A stretch of DNA of 64,000 nucleotides from Callorhinchus milii (taxonomy: Eukaryota). The stretch is from positions 36,272,001 to 36,336,000 of the forward strand of contig NW_024704742.1 of assembly GCF_018977255.1 (NCBI RefSeq), written 5' to 3'. Positions 26,155 to 39,243 of this stretch are shown here, one piece after another. The notes under the pieces are model-generated. The model did not search any database. It was not told where the DNA came from and saw only the letters and a program-made list of their open reading frames with translations. A program made the position numbers and the translations under genes. Numbering within the stretch: position 1 is the first letter of the stretch; each line of letters opens with the position of its first letter.

Positions 26155-26335
26155 CTTAGCACTACATGGGCGTGTCAGTTGTGGAGAAGATGTGATAATC
26201 TTACAAAACCATTGTGCAGTAAACTGTTCCTTTATTCCTATCCTTGAAATCCTTATTCCTATCCTTGAAATGAACTTGCTGATCTCTGTGGATAAGTTGC
26301 AGATACAGTTTGTGTCCTTGGTTGCAAAATAGGAA
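26155..26335 (-). pseudogene. Dynein fossil exon (DHC_N1) in TMEM175 intron 1, carrying a 21-nt-period tandem duplication and abutting a SINE tail
   Basis: CICNLSTEISKFISR...QLTRPC resembles recalled TNDLHNELRKFMD...l-x-RP; duplicated ttattcctatccttgaaat at 26232 and 26253. Confidence 0.55.
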
Positions 26336-27090
26336 GTCAATTAGTTCATCAGTATGATTAATTTCAAAACCTTTTAATTATTCTCTCTGTTGCCTCCTTG
26401 TTTTATAATGTAGCATTTGCCAAATGTTCTGATGTGATGCAGCTTCGTATTCTACTTAGCTCAGTATTGGGGAAAAAGTTCAAACAGTGTGCAAAATATA
26501 CATTCAACGCCCTCTGCCCCAGAGATACAGTACAATTTACATTTATGCAGCATCTTTCACATCACGAGGACATCTCAAAGCATCTAGTTTTGCATTATTT
26601 TGTTCATGGTTATTCGGCATGCTCTTCACCCAGCCAGTTCCAACCTGACTAAAGCTTAAAGTCCTGATGTGTGATGACCCTACAACCTTCCCACTCAATG
26701 GCGTGAGTGCTAACAACAGAAGCCTGACTGACACCTGGCTGATAATGGAAGTTAGGAGCAGATGAGCTACTTCACCTGCAGCTTTTTTTTGGCTTTTTTT
26801 AAAAAATTGGCCAATTGTTATATAACACGTGTATAAAAAGAGAAAATGCATAGCAGGTCAATCGGAACCTGAATGAAAAAGAAAGGTTAATGTTAAGTGC
26901 GTGACCCGTCATCAGAACTATAGGGGAGTACAATATCAAAGTGTTAATGATTCCTATTAGTCAACTATATAACCAACTATCGTCTTTCCCTAAAAAAAGT
27001 TCCTTTTTATTGCAAGATTTTAAGAACAATGATGCATTATGCAGTGAAGTGAGTTTTGAATTAATGTGCTGCTTTGCTTTGTTTTTCCAG

Positions 27091-27129
27091 ATTTTACCCG
27101 TGTGTCATACAAAAATCAGTGCTGATGAG
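27091..27129 (+). CDS. TMEM175: TMEM175 coding exon 2 (ILPVCHTKISADE), 39 nt
   Basis: tttttccag acceptor, GAG|gtattg donor; matches human ILPVTHTEISPEQ. Confidence 0.95.
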
Positions 27130-28793
27130 GTATTGTACTGCATTATACTTAGAATTGTTGCAAAATAAGTTGTAGCATTTTACAGTGTTTAAGTGTGCGT
27201 TAATTAATGGAATGTTTGTGTGAAGAGGTATGTTTCTAATGGTGTCATGCAGTTCACTGGAGCCTTATCATCATGCCAGTGGGGAAACCTTATTTGAGTC
27301 CATAAACCTGCTGAATTCTTTGTTCCCTCTGAGCTTACCAGCTCTGTAGCAGGAAAAATGCAAACTGAACACCAAGCATTTCTCCACAGGAGGGAGGGAT
27401 AATCTCTGGAGCATTACTGAATTGCTACTGATGTAGTGCGGTAATAATAGAGCAGTGCCTTCTTGCTCTCTCTCCAGTCGCAGAACAGCCTGGAGGTTGT
27501 GTGGGAGAATAGAGGGAATTTGCCCTTAATTGAAATGGAGAAAACACTTTATTTCCTTCTGAAAAGGTTGAGTACAGTTAATTTTCTGACAAGATGTATT
27601 ATTCGTTAGAATGAAAGGGATTTTCTTTGAATAAATATATTAGCTCATTGAAACTTTTCAATAGACCTAATGATGTAAACATTTTACACACCAACAAGAT
27701 TTTCTCCCCCCCTTGCTCCCTCTTATTTTTCCCCCTCTCCCCAGATATTAATGAACAGGAATTAACACCAATCATTTTAGGTTCATAAACAATACAAAGT
27801 TATAAATTATTCAGTAAAACTCACATTAGTCACGACTGTAACATTTAGTACAACTTACATGAAGTCTGAATTGCAGGCAAATTGTATAAGTCGTAGAAAA
27901 TCCAATTTAATCAATAATCTACACTCCTCAAGCGCGGCTTAATGCAGCCGGTAAGTGCACATGTGGTGATGAATCAAGACTACATTTTCTGTGATTCAAT
28001 ATGACTTAGGCCGATCACCGTATATGTACTTTCCAGCAAACGTTGGAGTTCGCATTGAATCGCAGTAATAAAGTTCTTAATAAATTTATTAATAAAGTAA
28101 TAAAGCATGTGCGTCAATGGATCAAGATTGTGTTTGCCGTGTTTCAGTGCATTTGGCTGGTAAATAAGTATGTGTCCACAATTCAGGGTGTCGTTTCCCG
28201 TAATTCAAGTAGCCGGGAAGCACGGAAATAAAGAAGGTTAGGGAAGCGGCGTTACGAGTTAGGAGGTGATTAATATGAGTAGTGCAAAGAAACCTAAGTG
28301 GTTTTGATAGAAAATTGAATGGAACTTGGTTGAATGTCCGACTTAGGCGATTATAGGATATACAAAGATAAGACTTATGCAAATTTTACTTGCATATCTT
28401 ATATTTATTTGTTTTAATATGGATCAGGGCTGGTTCAGGTACACATTTTAGTTAATCTACTTTATACAGTTGTCAACAGTAGCTGATAAAACAAAAGTTG
28501 GTATTTGTGATCTCATTGCTACAGCTGCATTTTTCTGTAGAAAAAGGGTCTCAGTCAGATTGTGTGGATACAGTGGAGTATTGTACCACACTTATTCTGC
28601 ATTGCCCTTACAGCACAATAGTATCATTTTCTTCTCTGTTAAAACTTTAAATGAATAATATGTGCAGTGAGCTAAAACTAGTGCAGTTTGTTAGAATACA
28701 TTAAGTTATAATGTAATAAATCTATTTGGGTGTCACGAGTACAGGGACAAAGAGATGCACTTATAAGTTTGCAGGAAATGAGCTGCATACTGT

Positions 28794-28853
28794 TTGTCAC
28801 AGATACATTCCTAGTGCCCTGAAGATATTTTTTAAAAAATCTGATTTGAAAGG
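28794..28853 (-). pseudogene. Dynein fossil segment (DHC_N1) in TMEM175 intron 2
   Basis: PFKSDFLKNIFRALGMYL*Q resembles F-x-F-x-x-x-x-IF-x-x-x-x-x-F-x-x-R; the TGA may derive from CGA. Confidence 0.4.
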
Positions 28854-29318
28854 CTGGATTGACACGGCTCATTGGAGAACTGACAGCCTTTGCAACACAG
28901 AGGGGAGATCCAGTTACATTTCTCCCTTATCCCCTGAACAATCCCTCCTCCGATTCCAACTCAAATACAGGATTATTAATTCTGTTTCATTCCCTTTCCC
29001 AACTCCAGGACATGTTTCAAATTCCTCTCTGACACAATTCTGATTCACCATTCTTCCCCTCCCCCCAACCAATACAATTTCAATTTCCCTACTTACTGTC
29101 GAGTCATGATGTTGAGCTAAACTTAGATGATCTCCGATTACAGAGGATAAGAACAGCTTGCACGAAGAAAAAAAGAGGGGAATGGAAATATTTCAGGATC
29201 CTGTGTTTCTCTCTAGATATGGACTTAGTATGAGTTTTGATTATCAACTCAGTGCAATAAAACTTGTGCAGTTTAAAATAAAAATATTCACATTTAAAGG
29301 TTGCATTTACCAATCATA

Positions 29319-29361
<43 letters not shown>

Positions 29362-29389
29362 TTGTATTCCTGGGGCATGGGGCGGTAAG

Positions 29390-29800
29390 TGAGATCTCTT
29401 TGAAGCTGAGCTGGCTCCAAGGTAATGTTCATGGCGTTGGAGTGTCGGAATTGAGTTGTCCCTTTGTGGAAGTCTCGGTTGTCCAGTTCCTGAGTCAGGC
29501 AGGTCTACAGTACTTCAAGGCACTGCTGATGACCTGGCTTGTCGCAGGATTTGGAAGAGGCAGACAGATTACTGGGAGCGGGGATTCTTCCCAATCAACT
29601 CCTGTTAACCCTGTAAGCCAAAGTCCAAAGCACTGGTTGGGAAGCTTCCCATTGCTTGTCCTGCTCGGAAGGCCCAAGCACGACAAGCTTATTCTCCATG
29701 TCAAGCTGTGTGAGGTTTGCTGGTTAAACTCCATCTGTAACCAACACATACTCTGGAGTTCCTAAGCCTTGAGTCTTGCCGACCTGCGCCTCATACTTTC
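29390..29800. repeat. Unclassified old dispersed repeat (other copies ~18300-18690, 24820-25130, 31190-31400, 51555-51810)
   Basis: Shared motifs gtccagttcctgag(c/t)caggcag and ctccttggagctgagttg occur in both orientations. Confidence 0.65.
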
Positions 29801-30005
29801 TAGAACTAGCTAAGCAGGGCACTTTCCTCCAGGGAGAGAGTGTGCTTTCCATTCCAGACAGGGAAATTTCAATCTGTTGGTAACTTGTAGAATTCGCAGC
29901 TTGGTTTGGATACTCTGGCATGATACCCCCCCCCCAAAATTGAAATTCCTCTCTACTGTGATTTGTATATGATGCAAGGTAATCAAATTATCTTTTCTGA
30001 TACAG

Positions 30006-30103
30006 GAACTAGAAGAAAGTCTACAACAGCTTCTTGCAACCAAGATTGCTGTCTATGTTATGACGTTTTTAATAGTGACAGTGGCTTGGGCCTCACATAT
30101 CAG
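30006..30103 (+). CDS. TMEM175: TMEM175 coding exon 3 (ELEESLQQLLATKIAVYVMTFLIVTVAWASHIR), 98 nt
   Basis: tacag acceptor, AG|gtgagt donor; matches human LLATRIAVYLMTFLIVTVAWAAHTR. Confidence 0.96.
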
Positions 30104-30677
30104 GTGAGTTGTATTCTCTTGTTTTAAAAAAAATTGCTCTTGCAATTACAGTATTACCCTATCAAACAAATGATGGTTTGGCCAGTGCTATCGAGAAATT
30201 CAATCACTTGTGAGCAATGTTGTTGAAGCTAGATGTTTAATGCAAAACTAGTGTATAAAATAAATCCCAAGTGTAATCACTGGTCTGTGCTGAACCATCT
30301 TCCTGCATTAGGTAGAGGAAAAATTCAAGGTGTGTTTAAATTTATAATCGTTATCCAGTGTCCGCGTTGGGTGAGAACAGAATCAAGCTGTGCTGGGGTG
30401 GTCCCAGCAACTGAGCTGCCTAACTATCCACACTTTCTAAATTTGAGTACGAACAAGTTAGCATTTGAGCGAATCATTCAAAAGCTTCTGGTGTCTGTGA
30501 ATCAGGGCTTTTGAGAAAGAAAGGGTAACATTGGAGGATAAATTGTAGTCGTTAATGCTAGAAATGTGCTGAATAATTGTGTTTTTTCTGTTGTATTCAT
30601 TTTGTTGTAAAAAAGACAAATTGTTTTTAAAAATACTGCACAAATATAGAACGTTTTTAATTTTTTTTTATTGATAG

Positions 30678-30729
30678 ATTGTTTCAAGTGATTGAACGAA
30701 TAGATGATGTACTCGCCCTTCTCAACTTG
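30678..30729 (+). CDS. TMEM175: TMEM175 coding exon 4 (LFQVIERIDDVLALLNL), 52 nt
   Basis: poly-T tract plus gatag acceptor, TTG|gtgagt donor; phase consistent with exon 3. Confidence 0.96.
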
Positions 30730-30975
30730 GTGAGTGCACGGTCATTACCACAAACTGTCTGAATATCACACTAAATAAAGATGCGTTGAGCTGTGTGTGT
30801 ACACACACGTGAAAGAGTATTAATAACTCCCTGTTATTAGCCATTTATCCTCTGGATAACCTAGCAATTATTTTTTCTCTCACTTTTAAATTTGTTCTTA
30901 ATGTTGTTCTGCACCATCAAGAAACAAATGTGCAGTTTAATGTATGCTTTCCCTGGTGGTGTGATAGCAAACATC

Positions 30976-31006
<31 letters not shown>

Positions 31007-31722
31007 AACCTGCAGAATACTTATTCTCTTGTGTATTCACTCCAATATACTCTGACTGGAAGCTTGCAGGGAATTCTGGTATCTGATACCACTCAGCGAG
31101 GAGGGCACAAACATGCACTTGTTGGATGACTATCAAATGACTCAAATAACTGTCCTCCTGGCTGGGGAGGTTGGTGGGGGGGAAGGTTGAGGTCCGCAAA
31201 GTCTCCTTGGAGCTGAGTTGCCGTCAAGATGGCGTATTTGGAAATGGAATAGAGTTAATCCTGTGTGGTGATCTCTGTGGTCCAGTTCCTGAGCCAGGCA
31301 GATCTGCCGTACTCCAGGGTACTGTTGGTGACAGACCAGCCAGCTGGCTCATTGGTTGGCTTTGGAGGTGCTGACCAGTCACTGGGAGGTCATGGTGATA
31401 TAAACCATAACTGCAGATGTGCAACACTGGAAATATTTTGCACAGGTTTAATCTTTTATATCTTTGCACCAGGTTTCTGACTTAAGGAAACTTCTCCATT
31501 GGCAAGGAATGGGGAACTTAAAACTACATTGGATATTTTGAAAAATAGAAAAATCTTGACCTGATACAATTATATATCAATTAAGAAATAGTAGTGGTAT
31601 TGTATTGGTACCAGCATTATGGTAGCAGCAATAAATAGAAGTTCAGTTTTTTGATAAATATTAAGACGCTGCACAATGTTTATTTCTGCAAACACATTGA
31701 TGTACTTTTTTTTCTTCCTTAG

Positions 31723-31758
31723 GCATGCATGATGCTTATAACCTTCCTACCTTACACT
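31723..31758 (+). CDS. TMEM175: TMEM175 coding exon 5 (ACMMLITFLPYT), 36 nt
   Basis: ttcttccttag acceptor, ACT|gtaagt donor; matches human ACMMTITFLPYT. Confidence 0.96.
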
Positions 31759-32052
31759 GTAAGTAAATATATAACAGAACTTTCAACTTTAAATAAGGCA
31801 TTACTAGTAATTGGTAAAATAGAAAGAACATTTTATTTAAAAAATACGTTTTGAGGGAATTCCCTCTTTGAAATGTTTAATTGTCACTTGGATACAATTG
31901 GATACCTAAGTCGGACACGAGCCCATCATAGCTTCACCTTTCCTTTCTGTGATCATTTGGGTGCTTCATGCAGACTTTATACGAGAGTGCTTTAGACAGA
32001 AATATGTAACCACTGAAACTTGTTCTTGACTAATTTTCTCCTTCTTTCCCAG

Positions 32053-32136
32053 TTTTCTCTGATGGCTTCGTTTCCAGATGACCCACTTGGAATTCTGTTG
32101 TTTTGTGTTAGTGCCATTGTCATTGGATTAATTCAG
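32053..32136 (+). CDS. TMEM175: TMEM175 coding exon 6 (FSLMASFPDDPLGILLFCVSAIVIGLIQ), 84 nt
   Basis: ctttcccag acceptor, CAG|gtacgg donor; matches human FSLMVTFPDVPLGIFLFC. Confidence 0.96.
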
Positions 32137-32146
32137 GTACGGATTA

Positions 32147-32468
32147 AATAATAATAATAATAATAATCCTTGCATTTGATATAGCGCTTTTCACGTCGGG
32201 AGGACATCCCAAAGCTCTTCACAGAACACACTGTAAAGTGAATTGACTATATTTGTGGGCGAACGCGGCAGCCAATTGCGCACAGCAATGTCCCACAAAC
32301 AGTCATGGATTGAAAATGACCAATTTATTATTGTTTTTTTTTTGGAGGGATTATTATTAGGCTCTGTGTGGAGTAAGGAAACTTGCCCAAGGTTTTGCCC
32401 TGCCTGGAATTGAACTCAGGTCTCTCGCTTGCAAAGCGAGTGCTCTAACCACTGAGCTACAAAACTCT
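32147..32468 (-). mobile_element. Full-length young SINE ~10 nt downstream of the TMEM175 exon 6 donor
   Basis: Reverse complement of the 2148-2461 family. Confidence 0.9.
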
Positions 32469-33244
32469 AAATGCATCATATACTGTAGTGGATGAGTGTT
32501 TTCAGTGTGCTAAGTGCATCACACCAGTAGTACTCTCTCTGTCACCCTGGCACGCTTGGTCTCCCTGTTTCATCCTCTTCCTCATGAATGTACTGTAAGT
32601 CTGAGTCCAGATTTAGCAATCCACCTTCCGTATTTAGCTCAGCCTTTTGATTAGTCTCTACCAATTTCTCTAAGCAGTGTGACTGAGTACTGCTGTGTGT
32701 CAAACTTGACGTCTGCGTCCTGCTTCTCTCCATATTGAAAAATATATCCAATATGTTGAAGTCATTTAACAAAAAAATGAATATTAAAATCAGATTCAAA
32801 TAAAACGGTTTGGCAAAAATTAAGCACAGACATGTAGGTTGGACAACAAATGATTATGCCAAATAGGCCAAGTTAAGTATGTTTTATTCATATAATAGTC
32901 ATTACATTTGATATAGCATCTTATTTTGGTTTGAAACGTATCAAAATGCTTCCAGGTAGAGTATAATGATTGTGTATTTTGAAGGCGAATGTGACAGCCA
33001 ATTTCTACACAATAGTGTCCCATAAACAGACATGCAATGAATGATCAATTTTGCCTGGGGGATAACAGGCCAAGGCTCTGGTAGAAACTCATTTCTTTCG
33101 AAATTGGGTCATGTCACGGGATCTGTAATATCCAACTGAACCAGCAAACAGGACTTTGGTTTAACATCTCATCTGAAGGACTGCATCTGACAATGGAGCA
33201 TTTTCCTAGCACTGCATTAGAGTGTCAGCCTACATTATGATCTT

Positions 33245-34025
33245 AAACAACAACAACCTCAACTTGCATTTACATAGTGCCCTTTATGCAGGGTAGTGTC
33301 CCGGAGTGCTTGACTAAGGCAGAGTCTGCCGATGAGCCAGGGGGAGAGGGAGGTGACCGAAAGCACAATCAAAAAGGAAGGTCTTCTAAACACTCTGAGA
33401 TGCTCCCCTGCGTGGAGAGCACTATATAAGTGCAAGTTGTTGTTGTCTTTAAGTGGGATTTGAAGGTGGGGAGGGAGGGGGTAAGGTGGAGGGATTGAGG
33501 GAGAGTTCCAGAGTTTCAGGGTATAGTAGCCATTGGAGCGGATGGGATGAGGGACAAACAGGAGCCCGGAGCCAGCTGATTGGAAGCAGCGGGTGGTGGA
33601 GTGGGTGTAAGCAGATCGGATAGATAGATAGGGAGGTGTGAGGGCATGAAGAGATTTGAAAACTAGTGAGAGGATCTTGAAATCAATCCATTCGATGATT
33701 GGGAGCCAGTGGAGCCTGGCAAGGACTGGTGTGATGGGAGTACGGAGTTTTGTGTGAGTGAGTATCCGGGTGGCGGAGTTTTTAATTAATTGGATTTTGT
33801 GCATGGTGGAGATAGAGAGACCAGCGAGGAGAGCATTGGGATAGTTCAGCCGGGAAGTGACAAAGACATAATCGAGGGTTTCAGCTGTGTTGGTTGTGAG
33901 GTACGGATGGAGGCGGGCAATGTGGCGGAGGTGGAAAAAAGTGCCTGGGGAGATTGAGGAGTTCAGATCCTCAGGAGAGAAGAACTTTGACAGGAGCTAA
34001 AGAGTATGGCTACCGTCTTGCTGAC
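33245..34025 (-). mobile_element. L2 LINE 3' fragment
   Basis: ORF 33259-33804 with ITPVLARLHWLPI...FKIL. Confidence 0.85.
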
Positions 34026-34219
34026 ATTCAGCTGCAGGAAATTCAGTCTTTGCCACCTAATCCTATTTTAGAAACCTTATTCTGAGGGAGAGAATTGGAT
34101 TTATATTTTTAATGCTGCACAGAAATAGTTCTGCATTTTTGTTTCTGCACACTGCACAAAGGTTGAATTTTGTACACATGGACCTCTTCAATGAAACAAT
34201 GCTGTTTTTGTAGTCCCAG

Positions 34220-34384
34220 TCACTGAAAAGGAGTGTGACTCGCCTGCTTATTGAAAGCTGGATAAAAGCTTACTGTCTCACTTTGAACTTTGCCTTCGCA
34301 AGAAACATTAAACATTAGTGACTGACATATTGTACTAAATTTCCCATCAGGAATTTTTGTTAACTTGGGATTGTCATGAATCAC
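34220..34384 (-). pseudogene. Dynein fossil exon (DHC_N1) in TMEM175 intron 6
   Basis: ttttattttgag acceptor; VIHDNPKLTKIPDGKFSTICQSL...SETVSFY resembles the PLY..DP..i...lP.L...i..i...S.yY segment. Confidence 0.4.
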
Positions 34385-34539
34385 CTCAAAATAAAAAGAG
34401 CACATATTTCAGCATTTTCAATATATGATTTTTTGGCTGTTTTATTTGCCTGCTGGAATTGCACAGAATCTATCATGTGTATAGCAATAGATTCTGATTG
34501 TTTTTGTAAAAGATTTATACAATACAGGTCTTACTTGAC

Positions 34540-34685
34540 AAATCTAATAGAATTGATTAATGAAATAAAATAGAGAATAGATAAAAGTGCATGGAGACTT
34601 TTTTTGAGAGTACCTGGTTATTCAAGAATGACCAGATATATATTGTAATTTCTTCCAGGAGTCAGTGTTAGGACCACTGTTTTCT

Positions 34686-34716
<31 letters not shown>

Positions 34717-35090
34717 GATTGGGATTCTGGTATAAGGGTCACAGTTTCTAATTTTTCAGATGACCCCCAAAATAAGGAGTGTACCTAAGATTCTAAATAC
34801 CTTCAAGAGAACATAACCTTTCAGATTGGGTTCAGAAATGGCAGGTTAAATTTAATGCAGAAACATGTGAGGTTGTACATTTTGAGATGAAGAATGAGAC
34901 CAAGTATATGCTATATGTTAAATCTTTTTTTAAAATATTAAAAGGTTTAGAAGAACCGAGAGACCTAGGAGTTAATGTGCATGAATCTTCAAATATGGGA
35001 AAGCAGGAGACACAGCTGTGAAGAGAGCTAATGGGATTCTAGGTTTTATAAATAGTGGTGAGGAATATAAAACCAAAGAGGTGATGTGAC
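34540..35090 (+). mobile_element. Degenerate CR1 RT fragment (3' end continues near 35330-35450)
   Basis: QESVLGPL, FSDD, WQVKFNAETCEVVHF and ERDLGV-like motifs. Confidence 0.75.
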
Positions 35091-35649
35091 CATAGGCATG
35101 GTCAAAGAAGAAGTTCTTCAGGTGCAATCTGAAAATGGGCAAGATGGATAGATTGAGGCAGAGAGTTCCAGGATTTGGGGGCTGAAAGCATGGCTGTCAA
35201 TGATGGAGTGGTTGGGGTGAGGTTCAGGGAGATTAGGAGGATTTTTTTGCCAGATTCGTTCAGATGTGGAATGCACTCCTGTGTGTGGCAGAATTCATAT
35301 CGGTTTTCAAGAGGCACCAAGCTAGATATTTCAAAAGCAGCAATTTCAGGGGTATGGGGAAATGACAGGTGAATGGGATTGAATGGATTGCATGTTCAAA
35401 AGAGACAAAATGGGTCAAATGGTCTTCTTCTGTGCTGTAAAGTTCTATAGTAATGTCTCATTGTTTACAGGTTAACAATTATTTGCAGATTGATAAAATG
35501 TCCTGTTAGTACGTTTACGCCCAACACTATTCAATATCAGTGTGAGATCTCATTAATGCCATAAATTTATCCAAAGCAATTATGATTGTTTTTGTTGTTG
35601 AAGAATGAAACAATTTATACAGATGTACTGATGATGGTGTCCACAATAG

Positions 35650-35737
35650 ATCAATGGGTAAATTCAACAGTTGATGCAGTACTTATCTGCACAGAATTAG
35701 CTGCTGTGGAAGGAGGGGTTACTGCAGTTTTCCTGCG
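35650..35737 (-). pseudogene. Dynein fossil exon (DHC_N1) in TMEM175 intron 6
   Basis: ttctcttttctag acceptor; RRKTAVT..STAANSVQ then frameshifted KY-HQLL resembles IT-x-x-x-x-EA-x-DNVKYL-x-x-L. Confidence 0.45.
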
Positions 35738-36470
35738 CTAGAAAAGAGAAAAAGCGTAAGAACATAAGAATTTACTAGGCAAAATAAGACTAAGGTCCAT
35801 TTAGTTCTCCTTCCACCATCCTGGCAGTCGCTTGACATGCCATGTCCCAAAAGCAGTTAGGATTCCCACGTCTGATTTGCTATCAGTTTGACTTTATAAT
35901 AATTTGTAAACTTTATAATAATCCTTTTCATTTGAAATAATGCTGTATCATGTCTTCGAGACATCTTAAGGGGATTCACAGAATATACTGTAAACAACAG
36001 AAGTGCTTCACAGAATATACTGTAAACAACAACAACAAATTATACTTCATGTTGGAAAGACGTCTCAGGGTGCTGGACAGTCAGGGGTTTTGGGGCCCGA
36101 GTTGGGTTCAGAAGGGGAGGAGGGCAGGTAGGGTGGGAGGGGCGATCCAAAGGTACGGTCGAATAGGAAGGTCTTTAGACAGGACTTGAAGGAGGCAAGA
36201 GAGGGGTGAGGCAGAGGGATTGCAGGATAGAGTTCCAGAGTGTGGGGGAGGAGATGCTGAATGCCCGACCTGAATGGGGTGCGGGAGACCTGAAGCAGGC
36301 CAGTGTCCGCCGAACAGACGGAATGGACAGGCTGATATGGGGTTAAAGTAAAGTGAATTGACTGTATATTTTATATATTTATGTGCAGCTACACGAAGAC
36401 TGGTTTATTACTGGTTAGTCCTGTAGCTGCAAGATTGAAAGCTGATTTTCCTCTTTTAATTCCATTACAG

Positions 36471-36635
36471 GCAGTAATTGTTATTTATGGGTTCAGTCGA
36501 CCTTACTTATTGAACACCCAGATACAAGCGTCACAGGAGCAAACTCTTTACAAGTACCAAATTCTGAAGATGATTTTACGAGCTCCAGCCTTCTTCCTTC
36601 TTGCAGCAATCCTCTCTTTCATCTTTTGTCCAGTG
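36471..36635 (+). CDS. TMEM175: TMEM175 coding exon 7 (AVIVIYGFSRPYLLN...ILSFIFCPV), 165 nt
   Basis: ccattacag acceptor, GTG|gtgagt donor; phase 0-0; homologous to human ALIVGYAFHFPHLL...FSLFFVPL. Confidence 0.95.
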
Positions 36636-36928
36636 GTGAGTTGTTCACTGATCTCAACTTGTTAATATTTTCAAGAGGTTAATTTGTAGTTGTGTATAGC
36701 ATTGGGGAACACTACACTTGGTGAAAAGTTCAAATAATAATAATCCTTACATTTGGTGTAGCACCTTTCACACCAGGAAGACATCCCTAAGCATTTAGCA
36801 GGATATACTCTGTGTTTTGTGGGTGAACACAACAGCCATGTTATGTGAAATCAAAAGACTAATGTAGCAACCAAGTGAAATAAATAAAGATTAAATAAAG
36901 AAAATCAACTATCCCTGGTAGGCATACC

Positions 36929-37245
36929 GTGGAGTCCTGTAGCTTAGTGGTTAGAGCACTTGCCTTGCAAGCGAGACACCTGGGTTCAATTCCAGGCGAA
37001 ACCTTGGGCAAGTTTCCTTACTCCACACGCCTGATAATAATCCCTCCAAAACAAAACAATAATAAATTGGTCATTTTCAATCCACAACTGTTTGTGGGAC
37101 ACTGCTGTGTGCAATTGGCTACCGGGTTTCGCCCACAAATATACAGTCAATTCACTTTATAGTATATTCTGTGAAGCGCTTTGAGACGTCCAGAAGACGT
37201 GAAAAGTGCTATATCAAATGCAAGGATTATTAATATTATTATTAT
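36929..37245 (+). mobile_element. Full-length young SINE in TMEM175 intron 7
   Basis: Same family as 2148-2461. Confidence 0.9.
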
Positions 37246-38359
37246 ACGACTCTCTGATTCTCAAATACCCATATGGAGAACTGGTTCTTCCCTGGCTCTT
37301 CCATTTCAGTTGAATTGCTCAGTTGATGTTTTGTAATGTTCTCAGTTTCGGGGTCTGGAGATGGAATTCACATTTCTGGCCAGAAAGAAGTCATAATGCT
37401 TTTGGCTATGCATATAGAACCATAGAAAAGCATTACACAAATAGAGACCATTTGGCCCATAATTTTCTGTCGGTCTTTGCTCCTTCAAGAAGCCGTCATT
37501 CTAATCCCAATTTCGTGTTCATTCCACAAGCCCTCTAATAAAAAAAAATTCCTTGGATTAAATATAGTATGTTGGGAGGACGTCTCAAAGGTCTTCACGG
37601 GATATACTATAAGGTGCAGTGACTGTGTATTTGTAGGCAAAACACAGCGTCCCACAGCAGCCAAGAATTGAATGACCAATTTTATTTGGGAGATTATTGG
37701 ACAGAAGATAGGGAGAAATTCCCTTCTCTTTTCTGATGTCAGTCTAGACAATGTGAGTTCCAAATCCTGACATGGGGCTTGAACCCCCAACTTCTAACTC
37801 ATGATTGCTATTAACTGAGCCAGGCTGACACCTAAATACCCTTCCTCACAATGTGCTCATCCCGTTTAGTTAAGAGAAATGGAAAGATCAAAAACAAAGG
37901 TGTTGGAGTAAGAAAAAAAAATAGTGTTTTACCTTTTAATATAAAATCCATAGCAGAATGCAATAGAAGCATTAAGTTCAAAGCAAATGTTTGCCCAATA
38001 TTGTATTTGCACATGTACTCACATAGGTGTTTGTATTAACAACATATAAGTGTACAGCCCCTAAAACATTACATATATATCTTGATTATGCATAATTTAC
38101 AAGGCAGCCGTGGAGCATTAAACACGTATGTTATGTCTGCAACCTTTATTGTAAGAAAATATAGTATATAGTAATTGATTAAAAATTATGTTTGTAGGGA
38201 AATGTGAAGTGAATGATTTTCAATAATTCTGTAGTTACTGTATCTTTATAATTAAGCTGAATGATTAATCGTCTCACTGATAATTGACTGGCTTTAAGAC
38301 AAGTATTTAGATGTCAGCCCACATTTCAATTATAGGAATGCAATTCACACATTGGACAG

Positions 38360-38450
38360 ATTTTTATTTTCCTACAACTCTCCCACAGGTTGTGCATGGG
38401 TTCTTGTGCCAGTCTGTGGCTTCCATACATATATGGAATTCTACTGCAGA
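38360..38450 (-). pseudogene. Dynein fossil exon (start of DHC_N1) in TMEM175 intron 7
   Basis: With one frameshift reads W-SHRLAQ..MHNLWESCRK, resembling the E-x-x-x-W-x-x-R-x-x-x-x-N-x-L-x-E-Q motif. Confidence 0.5.
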
Positions 38451-38881
38451 GAAATCGCCACACATGTGCGGGGCAGACAATTAAATTCAACGGGGCAGTT
38501 AGGGCTATGCGCACAGCCAGAAAAAAAAGTTAATAAACAGCAGTGGAGAAAAGAATTACATTGTTACGTGCATACAGTACTATACTTTAAGTTCTCCAAT
38601 CACAGTTCCTGGAGCTTTTCTGCATGCCTCTGCTTACCCATTAATCTGCAACATTATGATTACATAAAACTGATAATATTACATTAAAAATAATGCTTTA
38701 TGAAATGTGTCCTCTTATATCTATGTTAATATACATTAAACTACACACTGAATATTTTTTCATTGCAAAATATGGCTCGCATAAAGAGGATTAGAGCCAA
38801 GAGTGATAATATAATGTGGTTTATACTATATTTTGATGATTTCATATTGCTTTTGATTGTTGGTAACTTTCTTTCTCAAAG

Positions 38882-38960
38882 GCCTACGTAGTGCTTGCAC
38901 TGGTTATCTTTCTCCCATACATTACTGAATGTTTGACGTGGTGTAAGAGCAAGATAAGAG
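38882..38960 (+). CDS. TMEM175: TMEM175 coding exon 8 (AYVVLALVIFLPYITECLTWCKSKIR), 79 nt
   Basis: ctttctcaaag acceptor, G|gtgagt donor; homologous to human SYLLMVTVILLPYVSKVTGWCR. Confidence 0.94.
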
Positions 38961-39243
38961 GTGAGTGTTTGAATGGCTATCTTTACGTGATTTATAATGA
39001 AGAGCTTTCAAAGGTGGCACATTCTACAATCTTAAGTCTTAAGGCAAAATGGTCTTGGAGGCTAAGACTAGGTGGATTTTTAGGGCCTTAACTGATGAAA
39101 GGTTTGTGTAAAGCAGCAGAAGGGAAAAGACATCAGCCAAAAAGCATGTCTGAGCACCTCCCATTCTACTGGCTCCCACTTACAAGATCAAGCTGCCGTG
39201 CACAATGGATGCGGGTAACACAGGCTTGGATATGCATACTCAC

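Noticed and set aside
27300..32740. Minus-strand pieces near 27400-27490, 30450-30510 and 32545-32740 as extra dynein exons
   Set aside because: Only vague resemblance; needs a real alignment
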